DNA of 63,600 bases, filler included, from Intoshia linei (GCA_001642005.1; 5 parts of 5 records of this genome joined end to end with filler, not necessarily neighbours in it); one strand, 5' to 3'; shown: positions 37,933 to 50,948, numbered from the whole stretch's first letter. Numbers and translations are program-made. The notes: generated by a model from the letters alone, not told the origin.

Positions 37933-40900
37933 ATGAAGAATTTAACTTTATATCTTGTAACTCTGATTGCAATAGCAACAATGTTGCAACACAAAACTTT
38001 TAGAGAATTTCTAATAGAGATAACAAAACAACTAAAGTTAGTATCGCCGTAGATTTTAAATTTTTGATAGACCAGATTCGCATATGTCGGTCACTATGAA
38101 TGAAAACTATGAAAATAGCCCAAAATTATCTCAAGTCATGTTAGACATTCACCAAAAAATACGAATGGTTAAACTAAAAAGCGCCATAAAGTTTTTTTTA
38201 TTATGTTTAATGTTAACCTATTTCACAGTTAAATCAGAGTAATTACTAATAAAATTTAAAAAAATTTAAATTTATTTATAATTTAGAATTATAAATGTAA
38301 TGAATGATTATTTATCATACAAGGGAAATTTTTTTATAATAATAATTCGAATTATGTTGGGATTGGGCATGATTCATAGTTTTACAAGCATACTAACGTG
38401 GATTTACAATTCCTCACAATTGCGTCAATATTTTTTTAATTGGTACAAAAATTTTGAAAACACATTAAAAACCAATAATTCAATGAAACCAAAAACTGAG
38501 TCTATTGATGGTATGTATTTACATAATTAATAATGTATAATTTTAATTTTAAAATAAATATAATTATATGGTCAGTAATTTTATCAAACACTAAATACTT
38601 AATGGAATTATTCTATTTTGAAAGAACGAACAATAATGATATTCCCTGTTTGGCAAAATTACTTATCATGGTAAATACATAAATACACGATTTATAATCT
38701 AGTTTTTGGAAAATCTTACATGTTGGGAGATTTGTCCATTTTAAACGGTTCGCGGTATGGTAATTTGTACAATAAAACTGAAAACGAACAAAAGCCATCG
38801 TTTATTATAAGTCTTAATCAAACTGGTAATTTTGTACCTCTTTTCTCAACTTTTTAATATTACCAATTTAAAATTTAATTTTTCAGATGAATTACAATGC
38901 ATAAAGGGTAAATCACCAACCTCAATTTTAAAAGTGACAGGTATTATATTACACCAAAAATATTACATAGTACTCATTTTTAGATAAAAATATGTCGTCT
39001 TTCAAGGAAAAAAATGAAACTCTTGATAATAAAAATTGTAATTTACAAATTTTATACATGGATTAATATTAAATTTCATAGCATTTTGTACAAAAACTTT
39101 TCCTATCCCATCCATAAAATGTTGGACAAATTTAAACAAATATAATTTAAATTCTTCCAAATTTGCTAAATTATCTCCACTTGTAGATATAAATGGTTCT
39201 ATTCATCGAAAGGATAATGTTAAGCTGTCTAGTAATCACGTTAAAATGTTGGTTTTATTTATTTTAGAACAAAACGACAAAATTGATAGAATGATTAAGC
39301 AAAACATTTACAATAGATTTTCAAAAAATAATACATGTAATTTACATGTTAGTTTCTATTTTTCTCATTTTGAATTATTATAATTTAGCCATTATGGAAA
39401 AAGAAAAGGTTACTTTTGTTAAGGAAAAAAACACTCAAAGTGAAAAAATGAATGACAAAGATTATATGGATCTTATCAAGAGTAACTATATTTTAAATTT
39501 TTTAATTTTATTATTTTAATTTTTTTACATTTTAGAAAAACTACAAAATAAGGACAATTCACCTTGTAAAAGTAATATTGTGGAATCAAAACAAGATGAA
39601 AATTTATCTTTTAAAAAATCTGCGTCCTTTTCTTTAAAATCTCCCCAAAAATCCACAGTTTCTTTAGAAAATAAATCTGACGTATACATTTAAAAATTTT
39701 AATTTAATTTTTTATTTTATTTTCGTAAAAATTTTTCTTTAGATTGCAATCAATATCAATACAAGTATAAACAATTTGGATTTTAAAATATTATCTTTAA
39801 AATTGGTAATTTAGAATATAATTGAAATATAATTTAATGTTATATTTAGTGGATGAAAAATTATGTTTTTAAATTGATTATTTCGCAATATGAGTCTATC
39901 AAATTAAAATTAATTGAAATTGGATTTGATTCTGATAAAGGCATGTTTTTTGTTTATACTTATTGTTATTTTTAGAATTTGGAATTGGTGAATTTAATGT
40001 ATTGTTGGAAAAAAATTTAATATCTTGTGATGCAAATTGTCAAATAATTCAAAGATTATTAATCATATATCAAGGGAAAATTGATTATTTGTTTAAAGTC
40101 GTTACAAGTAAATTTTAGTATATTTATTTATATTGGCTCATTATGAATAAATTGATAAATTTTAGAATTTGCTCTGGATTTAACAAGTGAATCCAAAATT
40201 GAATGTCATTATCATAAAAAAAAATACACTAATAAGGATTACCCTTGTGAATGTACTGTAATTTTTTAAAATTTCAATTTTAAATGACAATTTTTACCTA
40301 CACTAGTTCTGCAATACGGTCCAAATCACCATCTGAGCGTATTAATTTTTTTTTAAATTTTTTAAAATTAAAATTTCATATAATTAACATCTAACATTTA
40401 TGTACATGTTAACAGGCCACAATGGACATTTCCGCTAGTTTTAAAAGTTTTATATTACATTAATTTGTTAATACATTGAATGTATTTTTTAGATCTTTTT
40501 GCATTGTTTTATTCTGTTTATGGATTCTAAATTGATTGAAAATATCGATGGGTCACCTGCTTTTACAAATAATCATTATTTCATTGCTAAATGTATATTT
40601 ATTGTATTTTAAAAAAATTACATTTTTTTAGCACCCACAGAAACAATTAAAACAAAAAAAACTGTAGTTTGCCTTTTAAATTATCCAAATCATTCCATCA
40701 AAATTGCATACAATTCTATTACTTATACCTTTACTAATGTATACTTTATTGTTTTAGTTTTACTTATTTATTTCTTAGAATGAATTTCAAATGTATTATG
40801 CCATTCTATTTTTCTTTTATTTGGTTAGAACTCACCAGGAAGGGCATATCGGGTATTTTTTATACTACTATGCAAATGGAAGCTTTTTATCCTTTACTTA

Positions 40901-43403
40901 TATAAAAATGCGTGCTTATTCACAAGATCAGTAATTGTGTTATCAGTAATCATTTCATAATAAAGTTATTTCATTAGCAATCGTTTCATCAGTATTTTCT
41001 CATCAGTTTTATGTGAATTGTTTTAATAATTTGTAATTTAAGATTAATATTAGATATAATTAGTATTACATTTAATTGATTATTACATTATATTTTATAT
41101 ATGGGTAGTACATAGTGTAGAATATTTCCAAGAAAAAAGAGTATATTTTGACTGAGCAAAATATATTAAATTTATTTGATAATGTAGAAAATAGAACATT
41201 ATTAGAAAATCTTCAGGATACATCTCTTAATTTTGAATAAATATTTTAATGTTAATGATTTACTAAAATTTAATTTGTTTCAAATATTATATTGTTCATT
41301 AAAAACTAGACAATTTCACCTATCTGTTGTCGATTTTAGAGAAAAAATGTATTTATTCTTAATTAAACATGAATAAGCTATATTCAAATGTATATTCAGC
41401 TCGAATTATAAAAAAAGATAACATTTCCAAAGATAATACTTAAATAACAACAAATCTCAAAAGGATTATTTTAAATTGAAAAATAATTTTAATCTTGTCG
41501 ATAACAATATAGATCGTGAGATCAAAAGAAATTAAAAATATATATAAAATTAATTTAAAATCGAAAATGTATTAAAATTACCGATGAGATGATTGCTGAT
41601 GAAATAACTTTATTATGATATGATTGCTGATGACATGATTAAGGGCATGACTATAGGAAACCATAAAAATGAATGTGTAATTATTTATTGAAAAAATTGA
41701 CAGTACCATGATTTAAAAAAACCCTATTTCTAATACCGTTTTTATCCATTTTTCAGTTTTAGAACTTGAGTCCTTCATGGTCAAAAACCCAATTTCCCCT
41801 TTTGTTTAAAAAAAAATCAACCCAAAAATTTAATAAAACATACATTCTGGAACGCCCTTTAAAATGATTAATATTGTAATGTTTCAATATTTGAAAGTAA
41901 GACTTTAATGATCAAATGTTTAAATTTAAAATACGTTTACAATTAAGTTATATTCATTGTGATTATTGTTATAGTGATTGTTCTTGTTTTTTATTATTGT
42001 TCCTAAAGTAATAGCTAGATATTAGATATGATAGTGGTGTATGAATACTACAAATATCAGCCTCAGAAACGCATACCTTCATGGTCAAACCCCCAAATTA
42101 CCTTTTGTTGTAAAAATAAAACATGTCCTAAATTTTTTTTAAACATAAATTCTGGGATAGTTTTTAAAAGCATAAGCACTATTAAAAATGAAAACATCAA
42201 AAAAAATAATTTTCACGATCAAAACCACACTTTACCATTTTTTTTTATTAATAAAAAAAGCCCTAGAATTTAAAAAAAATATATCTTCAGGGCCAAAACC
42301 CCAAATGACTCTTTTTTTAATGAAAACAACCCTAGCATTTAAAAAAATTACAGATGGTACAGTTGTATCCTGTTAAGACACAAAAATTTTCAATCTGAAT
42401 AAGTCACGGTTAAAAATTTTTTTTTATTTCGAAACTATTTTATTAAAACAAAAAATTTAAATTAATTAATGGTTCTACAATTAAAAAAAGGATTCTTTCG
42501 TAGAGCTTATTCCATTTGTATAAATGCAAAATTTCAACCCCACAAATCTATACATTCCCGGTGAAAATAATTTTTAATATATTATTAACAAATATTTTTC
42601 AAATGTTGGATTAAAATTAAAAATGAAAAGTATAATAATCATCCTACAATTTCAAAAAAAATGTGCATTGAACGTCTACATATTTTCAATACATAAATAT
42701 GGGTAGAAATCTATATAATTGATTCTTTTGGGTTTTTTTCATTGCTACGCAATTTTTGATTCTCAAATTCTCATTTTCAAAACATTTTGTTTAAAATTTA
42801 AATTGAAACTACAACAAGTTTGGAACCACTCCTTTAAATAATTTATAAAATTGAATAGTAGAATTTTTAGGTTAAATTTTCTTATTGAATTTATTTTTCT
42901 GGTAGAATAAAAATATCCGCCCTCGGCAAAGCTAGGATGTGGTTTATACGAAGTACATAACAGTCAAGTTAGTATATAAATATTTTTATCAGACGTAAAA
43001 TATATAGACACAGTACAAGTTCAATGAGCTCATTATCTTGGTATTGGCTAATTTCTCGTTAACGTAATAATTGGTCCTGAAAAAAAATTTATTCCGTTAA
43101 CGTGGAATTTTTTTGGAAATTTTTATATAATGTCCGCATTAAAACAATGATTCCCGATTGGGTCCGTGAGATTAAAATAAAATATAGAAAAATTGGTCCT
43201 TTCTTTGTTTAGATCAGGAATTCTCAACCTTTTTGGAACTATCGCCCCCTAAATGAAAAAAATTTAGAATAAATTTAAGAGTTTTAGTGTAAATATTAGC
43301 CTTCCATTTGTATACAATCTGTTTGTATTTATTATTAAATGTTAAATTTAGACAAATATCGATTGGAAAAAGTTACTTGAAAACTAATGAATTTTTGGAA
43401 TAA
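37933..43403 (+). CDS. TMEM209: TMEM209 (NET31)-like nuclear envelope protein, multi-exon
   Basis: N-terminal hydrophobic segments, then WMKNYVFKLIISQYESIKLKLIEIG...GIGE, IFLHCFILFMDSKL..DG..FTNNHYF, MYYAILFFFYLVRTHQEGHIG and a last exon GQISIGKS..FLE* (43352-43403). This is collinear with my recollection of the TMEM209 C-terminus. Some middle exon boundaries are uncertain. Confidence 0.72.
40890..42972 (+). mobile_element. Apparently end-to-end non-autonomous Helitron in last TMEM209 intron
   Basis: 5' A|TCCTTTACTTATATAAAAATGCG, modular internal repeats at 41750-42330, and a 3' decayed hairpin followed by ACAGTCAAG-TTAG|T. Confidence 0.78.
40933..41642. mobile_element. Non-autonomous element with ~65-bp terminal inverted repeats, nested in the Helitron
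   Basis: 40933-41000 (ATCAGTAATCATTTCATAATAAAGTTATTTCATTAGCAATC) is the reverse complement of 41576-41642. No TSD resolved. Confidence 0.65.
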
Positions 43404-43417
43404 ATTTTTAATATACA

Positions 43418-45427
43418 TTACTTAATATTTGAAAGTATTCGTTGCCATTTTCGGCTAAGAGTAATTTGCTTCATTGAAACAAAATCATTTGTCAACAAAA
43501 GAGGTACATGTGAATATATGGGGTGTTTAGTAGTTTCTTGGTTTGCAAAAAATATACTTTTAAATGAATATACAGTCCCAGTAATAGGAATTCGATTGTA
43601 ACCAAAAAAATCTACTTGTTTTTGATAAAAACGAACACAACATATTTTTAAAGAATCATCCGCCACAAACAAATCAATTTTAGTGACATTATTAAATTTA
43701 TCACGTTCCACTTGAGATTTTTCAACGATACCTACAATATCAACATGCGTTGAAGTACTGGTAGACTGCAAATCTGAAATTTTGGCAACTTTATAATTAA
43801 ATGATCCTTTAATTTTATAATTGTGAAAATGGTATAAAGATTGACGTGTTGATGATAAACTGGCGTATTTGTCCAATATTTTGAAATTCATCATTCTAAC
43901 ATACAACATTGTAAATACAAAATTTTCCTTGAGATTCAAAATTGTTTCGTTTGGATTCCAAATTGTTAAAACTGCAAAGTTTTCATTTTTTTGTAATAAA
44001 ACTTTATCATTTTGAAAATAAACCCCCTGAACCATTAATTTAAAAACTGAAATGATTCTGTGTTCACCTTGTTCAAAAAGTTTACGTCTCCAAATTACAC
44101 CATTATCCGTTTTCATCATGTACTGAACTGGATAGATTCTGAGTGCAGTTAAATGCAGACATCCAATAATACCGCAATTGGAAATTATACTGTGGAGAGA
44201 TACTGGAAAAGGTCTAATGTTTTTACAGAAACCGAGCCGTTGATTCCATACTGTACGTCTGGTTGAATTCCAATTAAAACTCAAAAAAACATTTTCAACG
44301 TCCAATGGATGATTCGAAGTTGATAAATTTACTAATGAAGCACCACTAGAAATAATTTTTAAGCCAGATTTTAAAATTTTTTTATCCATCAAATATTTGC
44401 TAAAAGTGTCCGTTTTTACTGGTAGAATGTACCATCCATCAGTCACACTTAAATGATAATTATCCTTTTCTTTCCAACATTCATATATAACACAAACAAA
44501 TGTATTGGCGGAAACGGCATCTTTTTCGCAGATTAAGTTAAAGCAACTTCTTTTACAGTTTATATACTCCATATCATATCGATATCTCAATTGCAACAAA
44601 ATATTAGTCGCGTTTAAAATTCTTTTAAATGATGCAAGATTTGAGTAATGTAAATGATAACTTTCAAGTTTCCATGTAATGAGTTTTATGTGATTTTCGA
44701 TCCATAGAGTGTTTAATTTTTCCCCAGTCAAAATAATGTTTGCAAAAATTCTTTTCAAATCTTTAACAGTGCACAAATCGTTTCTTCTTAAAAATTGATC
44801 ATCTTGGCTCGTTAATTTCAAATTATGTGAGTTTATATTGGGATACAAAACGAGAAATTGCAAATCATTCAAATTAATCTTTAAATTTTTAATGGGTTTA
44901 GGCAAATTCTTCAAAGCTAAATGGTCTCTTTTCAGATTATTTTTATAATTGTACAAATATCCACATTCGTATTTTTTAATCTTTTTGAATTTTTCCAATT
45001 GTAAATCTTTTCGGCTACTCCACACTGGTTTATATTCACAATTTGATGTCAATGTTTTAACAGTTTTTGGAGTTTTGAAAATTTTACTGATTTTTGATTT
45101 TTTACAAGGTTGAGCAAATTTAGGTGTACTATGACGAATTGCATGGTTTACGTTAAAATCTGATATATTTAATAAATTTTTACATTTCGATGACGTAAAA
45201 ATTTCTTGGGTATTACTGTTGTCGTTTATTGTGTCTTGAAATGAATCTTGTATAAAGTATGATGAATATTGTTTCAATTTGTCGCTAGATATTTGCAGAG
45301 ATTTACCGCTTGCAGATGAGAAACCCATATTCGTATAAGTGTTTGTTTCATTGTTTGTATTTGACGTTAAATTTGATTCGTCCGCATTTACAGCATTTTC
45401 ATTACAATTTAATCTTTCCATCAACAT
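43418..45427 (-). CDS. BRCA2: Miniature BRCA2 (single BRC repeat, helical domain, OB1-OB3), 669 aa single ORF
   Basis: BRC motif GFSSASGKSLQIS, helical WIENHIKLITWKL and LLQLRYRYDMEY, OB1 LSVTDGWY and NSTRRTVWNQRLGF, OB2 RIYPVQYMMK and LTIWNP, OB3 VDIVGIV. Confidence 0.93.
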   Translation of the reverse strand: MLMERLNCNENAVNADESNLTSNTNNETNTYTNMGFSSASGKSLQISSDKLKQYSSYFIQDSFQDTINDNSNTQEIFTSSKCKNLLNISDFNVNHAIRHSTPKFAQPCKKSKISKIFKTPKTVKTLTSNCEYKPVWSSRKDLQLEKFKKIKKYECGYLYNYKNNLKRDHLALKNLPKPIKNLKINLNDLQFLVLYPNINSHNLKLTSQDDQFLRRNDLCTVKDLKRIFANIILTGEKLNTLWIENHIKLITWKLESYHLHYSNLASFKRILNATNILLQLRYRYDMEYINCKRSCFNLICEKDAVSANTFVCVIYECWKEKDNYHLSVTDGWYILPVKTDTFSKYLMDKKILKSGLKIISSGASLVNLSTSNHPLDVENVFLSFNWNSTRRTVWNQRLGFCKNIRPFPVSLHSIISNCGIIGCLHLTALRIYPVQYMMKTDNGVIWRRKLFEQGEHRIISVFKLMVQGVYFQNDKVLLQKNENFAVLTIWNPNETILNLKENFVFTMLYVRMMNFKILDKYASLSSTRQSLYHFHNYKIKGSFNYKVAKISDLQSTSTSTHVDIVGIVEKSQVERDKFNNVTKIDLFVADDSLKICCVRFYQKQVDFFGYNRIPITGTVYSFKSIFFANQETTKHPIYSHVPLLLTNDFVSMKQITLSRKWQRILSNIK

Positions 45428-46098
45428 TTTTAAACTAACAAATACGATAGTAAACTAATATTACCTGATTCAAAATATTTTCCATTTTGCGCCAATCTAT
45501 TTATATAGTAACGCGTTAATATTACAGTAAGTTAACTACATTTTTAATAAAAATTATATACATGAATTGAATTGATTAAACTAATATCTACATTTTTAAC
45601 ACTTTTAAAATGCCTATTGGCATCCCTAAATTCATTCTTAACGAAGAGTGTCTTTCTTAATTTTTTTTAAAATATCTATAAAACTATTCAAAAAATAACG
45701 ATTTAATCTAAGACTAAATTTATATAAAATATCTATTGTTAAATATTTTTTAAAAATCCATAAAACTACCTCTAAAATTACATGGATTTTTGGAAATTAT
45801 ATCCTAATTGATGGAAAATATTATATTATTAAAATTTTTAATTAAAGATCTATAATATTATCTCCGAAAATAAGGGTTCTCATTTTATAGTGTTTAACTG
45901 ACTATCTTTTTTACATGTCTTGTTAATCGATGCGATAATTTAAATCAACATTAGTTAAATATCTCCACTCTAAACACGAATCAAACCCCCGTAATTGAAA
46001 AACTTTGATAAATCCAAAACAAATATTTACATTTCCATTTAAATTAAATAAATTACAATTTCTATTAAAAATCAATGTTGGATAATTTTTAATACAAA

Positions 46099-47050
46099 TT
46101 AAGCATGATAATCAGAAACTTGTTGATTAAATCGAATTTGAACCCTTTTGTAAAATTCATACTCGTATTTAAACTGTGGCCATTTTTTGATAAATCGAAT
46201 AGTCTTTTCCAAAGGATAAACTTTCTTTCTAGTTTTTCTTAAATGATTTATATAAACATGTGGTACTATTGCCGGATACTTTAAATGTAAATATTTAATA
46301 AATCCATCATAATTTTCCAAAACACCGACTACATTGTAATATTTAGAAACTGAATTTATAGCCAAATCTAGAGACTGAGCATTAGGCAACAAACAAGAGA
46401 TTCCTTGACAAAAACGACAAAGCTGATTCCACATCTTTTTACGATCGCAAAATTTTTTTCTATACAAAATGCAATCATCTAATGAAATGTTGTGATTAGA
46501 GTTTAACCTTGTCTTTTTTGGATACAAATTGTCGCCATTAATCAAAAAATAGTAATGAGATATAAATTGTTCAAGTGGATGTCTGATCAAATTTATTACA
46601 ATTAATTTAATTTTTATTTTAAAGGCATCCTCAGCTTCTTTTTGAATTTTAAAAATTTTTGCATTAAACTTAAAATGACCACTGATTACTAGTTTGGTAG
46701 TGGAATGTGCATTCTAGGAATAAAAAGATTTAATTAAAATTTAACAATTTTTAGTACCTAAAATTAATAATATAAATTATAAAAACCTTTTTGAAAATAT
46801 TCATAATTTGAGGATAAATTTTTTCTTTGGTTTTGAAAATATTGATACATTTATAAGAATCATCATAAAATGAAAAATTTTTAAAAAGTTTTGTTAATGA
46901 GGTTGATCCTGATTTGGGAATTTTGTTGTACAATACAATATACATTACATTGCCCTTTTTAGGATTAAACTTTATCAATGGATAGAGAGAAAAATAAAAA
47001 CATAAAACCACTAAAAAGGTTACTAGGAACATCATGCGTTTTTTAAACAT
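46099..47050 (-). CDS. Heparan sulfate/uronyl 2-O-sulfotransferase family protein, two exons
   Basis: Type II N-terminal TM segment, 5'-PSB YNKIPKSGSTS, GHF catalytic His, 3'-PB IRHPLEQFISHYYFLINGD, and YNVVGVLE..YEYEFY. Confidence 0.85.
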
Positions 47051-47209
47051 ATTTATTTTTTAACGAGATTTCAATTAAATTTAACTTTTTGAAATATATT
47101 CAAACGATACTATGTGATATGAAATTTCATACATTTGTCATGTCGTGATTTAAAACAAATGTTTGTAACAATATAAAATATTTAATGGCTTATAAACAAT
47201 TTAAAGCTA

Positions 47210-50200
47210 CTATGCCTCAACTCCATAATCCTTTGTGAATTGTTCATGTCGCAAAGTATCTTCATATGTTACTGTAGGTCGCTGTGTTGAGATTGCTTTT
47301 AGGATGTCCTCCTAAAATTATCAAATTAAAACAGAAATTTGATACAATTTAGGTATTTTTTAAATATTTAGAAAGTTTAGAAAAATTTTTATGATTGTAT
47401 AATAGTTTAAATTTAAATTATTAAATTTCTATTGGTTTTCGAATACAATCTTTAACCAGCGTGTTTAAATTGCAACGGATACCAAATTCGGTTCAATCGG
47501 ACCTTTAATGTATCATACATTATTATAACGTTTAAAATTAAATAATTTTTTTTTAATCTACACTAATTGTGCTTTATAGCGATGGTTCAACTGAATGAGT
47601 TGGTGTGTAAACATTTTTAGAAAACTAACAGTCCCAGAAATTGCATAAACAAAAATTTCAAGTTGGTTTTTTTAGGCGCAAAAAGTAAAATACATTTCAA
47701 ATCAAAACATTTCCATCTTCAAGGCCTAAACCCAAATAACTTTTTATTTTAAAAAAATTTAAAAAACTTAAAATTTAAAAAAACTTTTTTAAAACAACAA
47801 TTATTTATCTTAACAATTTTTAAAATAGATCGATTAATTTTAATCTTAAAAACTTGCATCTAAAGGTTAAAACTAATTTACCCATTATATTGAAAAATTG
47901 AAAACTAAATAATAATTCTAGAATTTAAAAAAGATCATGAGTTATACATCCTATTCCAATTAATATACACAAAAAATTTCATTCCAAAAAGTTACAACTT
48001 TTCGGTAATAAAAGGAATAGGAATTTATTACACTTATTTATTTTTTCCGGAAATTATTACATAAAAATAAAAAAATAATAAACAAATAATAAAACAATAA
48101 AACAAATGAAAAATATTCAACAATTAACGATCCTAGAATTTAGAAGAAAGTTTATTCCAATACAGATTGTTACAATTGATTTAGAAAAATTTTTCAACCT
48201 CATAAATCTACGTATTCATGGTCGAAACTACAAATTAATCTTTTTTTTAAAAATGAAAAAAGTCCCAAAATTTTATAAAATATACTACATGTATCTGGGG
48301 TTTTAAACACTTTTTAAACTCATAACCATTATCATAAATCGCAACCTCAAAAAGTGACTAAAAAGTTTTAACGATCAAATGCCTAGATTACCCTTTTTTT
48401 TAAAAAACTAAAATAGACAGAATTTTAATCCCACACAGTGACACCTTCACGGTCAAAAAAACAAACAAACAAAAAATTTTTGGTCTTCATTTTTTTATTT
48501 GGCACTACAGTATTCTCTCTATAACTCGCCATTTTTGGGATTTAGAAAAAGTTGTCGAGATAAAGAATTTATAACTATAATTAAAATTTAATACAAAATA
48601 ACTTAACTTATTTTAAAACTTTTAGTTTATATTGTAAAATAAGGGCGAGTTATAGAGTTGGCTAGTTGTGGAGAGAATACTGTATTTTATTAAAACAAAA
48701 AATATTAAATAACTAATCGTCCTAAAACGGTGGTTCCCGATTGGTCCAACAGAGGTCCTGGATCCTTTGGGTGTCAAAATATATACCTGGGGTCCATGAG
48801 ATTCAAATAAAATAGAGAAACATTTTTATCAATTTTTTTTATTTTTAAATAAGAATTTTTAATATTTATTAAATAGTTACCAGATCTTGGGCATTTATCC
48901 CAAATTCTAAACGATCGTTACATTATTAAATCAAAAATTCCACTTTTATACCACAATTAATAAAAAATAATATTTCAAACCCTCAGCGAAATTTTTTTTT
49001 AAAAAATACCCTTTTTCCAATATTTTTTTACAAAACACGATTTTACACTAAACCTTAAAGTAAATATCCTCTTTTTCCAAATATTTTTGTTCAAAATCCA
49101 ATTTTAATAAATTTTATAGCTAACTCTCTTCTCAATCTAAAACTCAGAATAAAAAATACCCTTTTTCCAATATTTCCTTAAAAAACAAGATTTTACCAAA
49201 TTTTATACCTAACAACTCTTCCTAATCCAAAATAAAAATATCCTTTTTCCATTTTTTTTGAACAACACGATTTTACACCAAACCTTAAGGTAAATATCCT
49301 CTTTTTCCCACATTTTTTTGAAAAACATGATTTTACTAACCTTTAAGGTAAATATCCGCTTTTTCCAATATTAAACAATTAATAAATTACCTTCGAAATT
49401 TGTCTAATGGTCAATTTTCCGTTAGGTATTTCATCAGCAGTCATAGGTATAGCACCGGCATCAGATGATAGACACGGAGTCAACATGTCATTTTCTATAA
49501 TGTTATTATCGTAAGGATTAGGAGCTCGAACTTTTCTAAAGTGTGTTGCCATATGAACTAATCTAACTGGGCTCATACTAGCATCCTTGGCAATGAGTTG
49601 AATATCTGATCCAGAGTATTGTGGAGTTTTCTCAGCGAATAATTGATAATCGGATTCGGAAAAGGCATCAGATTCGTTTAAAATGTCTTTTAAATGTATT
49701 TTAAATAGTTCCTTTCTGGCATCGGTATCTGGTAAAGGGATATAAATACTTTTTTCAAAACGTCGACGCATAGCTGCATCTAATTGCCAAGGTATATTGG
49801 TAGCTGCCAAAATTAGTACTTGATCTTTAGCTTTATCCAAATAGCTAAGTTCTACAAGGAATTGATTCTTTACGCGCCGCATAGATTCAGTCTATAAAAA
49901 AGTAATCATGTGAATGTTTAATAAATCCAGTCAAGAAAACCATCAAGAAAAAGTATTAAAAAGTAAACTTTTACCTCATCAGATGAACCTCGTTGAGCAA
50001 GCATAGAATCTATTTCATCGATAAAAATGATGCTAGGTTTTTCATCTCGAGCAGATTTAAAAAGTTGTTTAATTAGTCTAAAAACAAAAATTAAAATAAA
50101 CTATAAATTGAAAAAGTTTCAAAAATTACTGTTCACTTTCGCCTTGATATTTACTGATCAAATCAGCAGATGAAATTGAAAAAAAGGTTGAATCACCCGA

Positions 50201-50874
50201 TTCATTGGCTATAGCTTTAGCTAAATGCGATTTCCCTGTACCCGGTGGTCCATAAAGCAGAATACACCTCCAGGGTGTACGACTTCCTTTATAAATATAT
50301 GGGAACTTTAGAGGAAATAAAACGGCTTCGTTAAGAGTTTGTTTGGCACCAGCAAGTCCTGCTACCTGGTCAAAAGTCACTGTACTCTTTTCCTTTACAA
50401 TGGCCCCTACAAAATTTATTTAAAATGAAAAAAACAATTCATACCCATAATACGATTAGTAATATCGCTAGAATCTTTATCGATTCTGCTAATTAAATAA
50501 AAAAAAATTCATTAAAACACTATACACTTTTTCTTTGGATTTCTTTGGTTTTTTTTCATCTTCTTTTTCATTGTTAATCAATTCTTTCAATGTTTCAGCT
50601 CTGCTAAGGTACTCTTCTACCTTTGATTTTATAGATTTTTTAACACTCTGATTTGATACGTCATCTATTTTAAAAATAAATCTTTACTATTGCAAATATT
50701 TCACGTTTTAAAGCCAATAGAAAATATTCTATTCCATTTTCATAATGTTTTAGTGCTTCTCGATGTTCTTTATTTTTATCTTTTTCTACAGCAATGTTAA
50801 TTAAATCTATCGCTTTCTGTAGAAATTTTAATAATATTTAAAAATCAGTTTACCTGTACAGAAGTTACAACCAT
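47210..50874 (-). CDS. VPS4: Vacuolar protein sorting AAA ATPase VPS4, multi-exon
   Basis: MIT domain ([25 protein letters not shown]), Walker A GPPGTGKS, Walker [27 protein letters not shown], beta-domain ATHFRKV..LTPC, and last exon [16 protein letters not shown]. Confidence 0.95.
48508..48682. mobile_element. pogo/Tigger-type MITE in last VPS4 intron
   Basis: TA|CAGTATTCTCTCTATAACTCGCCA...TGGCTAGTTGTGGAGAGAATACTG|TA. Confidence 0.85.
48945..49372. repeat. Degenerate ~30/60-bp tandem array in last VPS4 intron
   Basis: Recurrent AAACACGATTTTAC..AAACCTTAA.GTAAATATCC.CTTTTTCC units; same family as 15665-16075. Confidence 0.7.
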
Positions 50875-50948
50875 AAATTCTGATTTATAAATTTTTATTG
50901 ATACAGTCGTTTTTGTAGTAACTTTAATAAAGTCTAGTTTATATCAAA

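Noticed and set aside
42028-42376. Short ORFs inside Helitron modules (also 22045-22275, 48106-48306, 56386-56571)
   Set aside because: Chance frames in AT-rich repeats with no Rep/helicase motifs.
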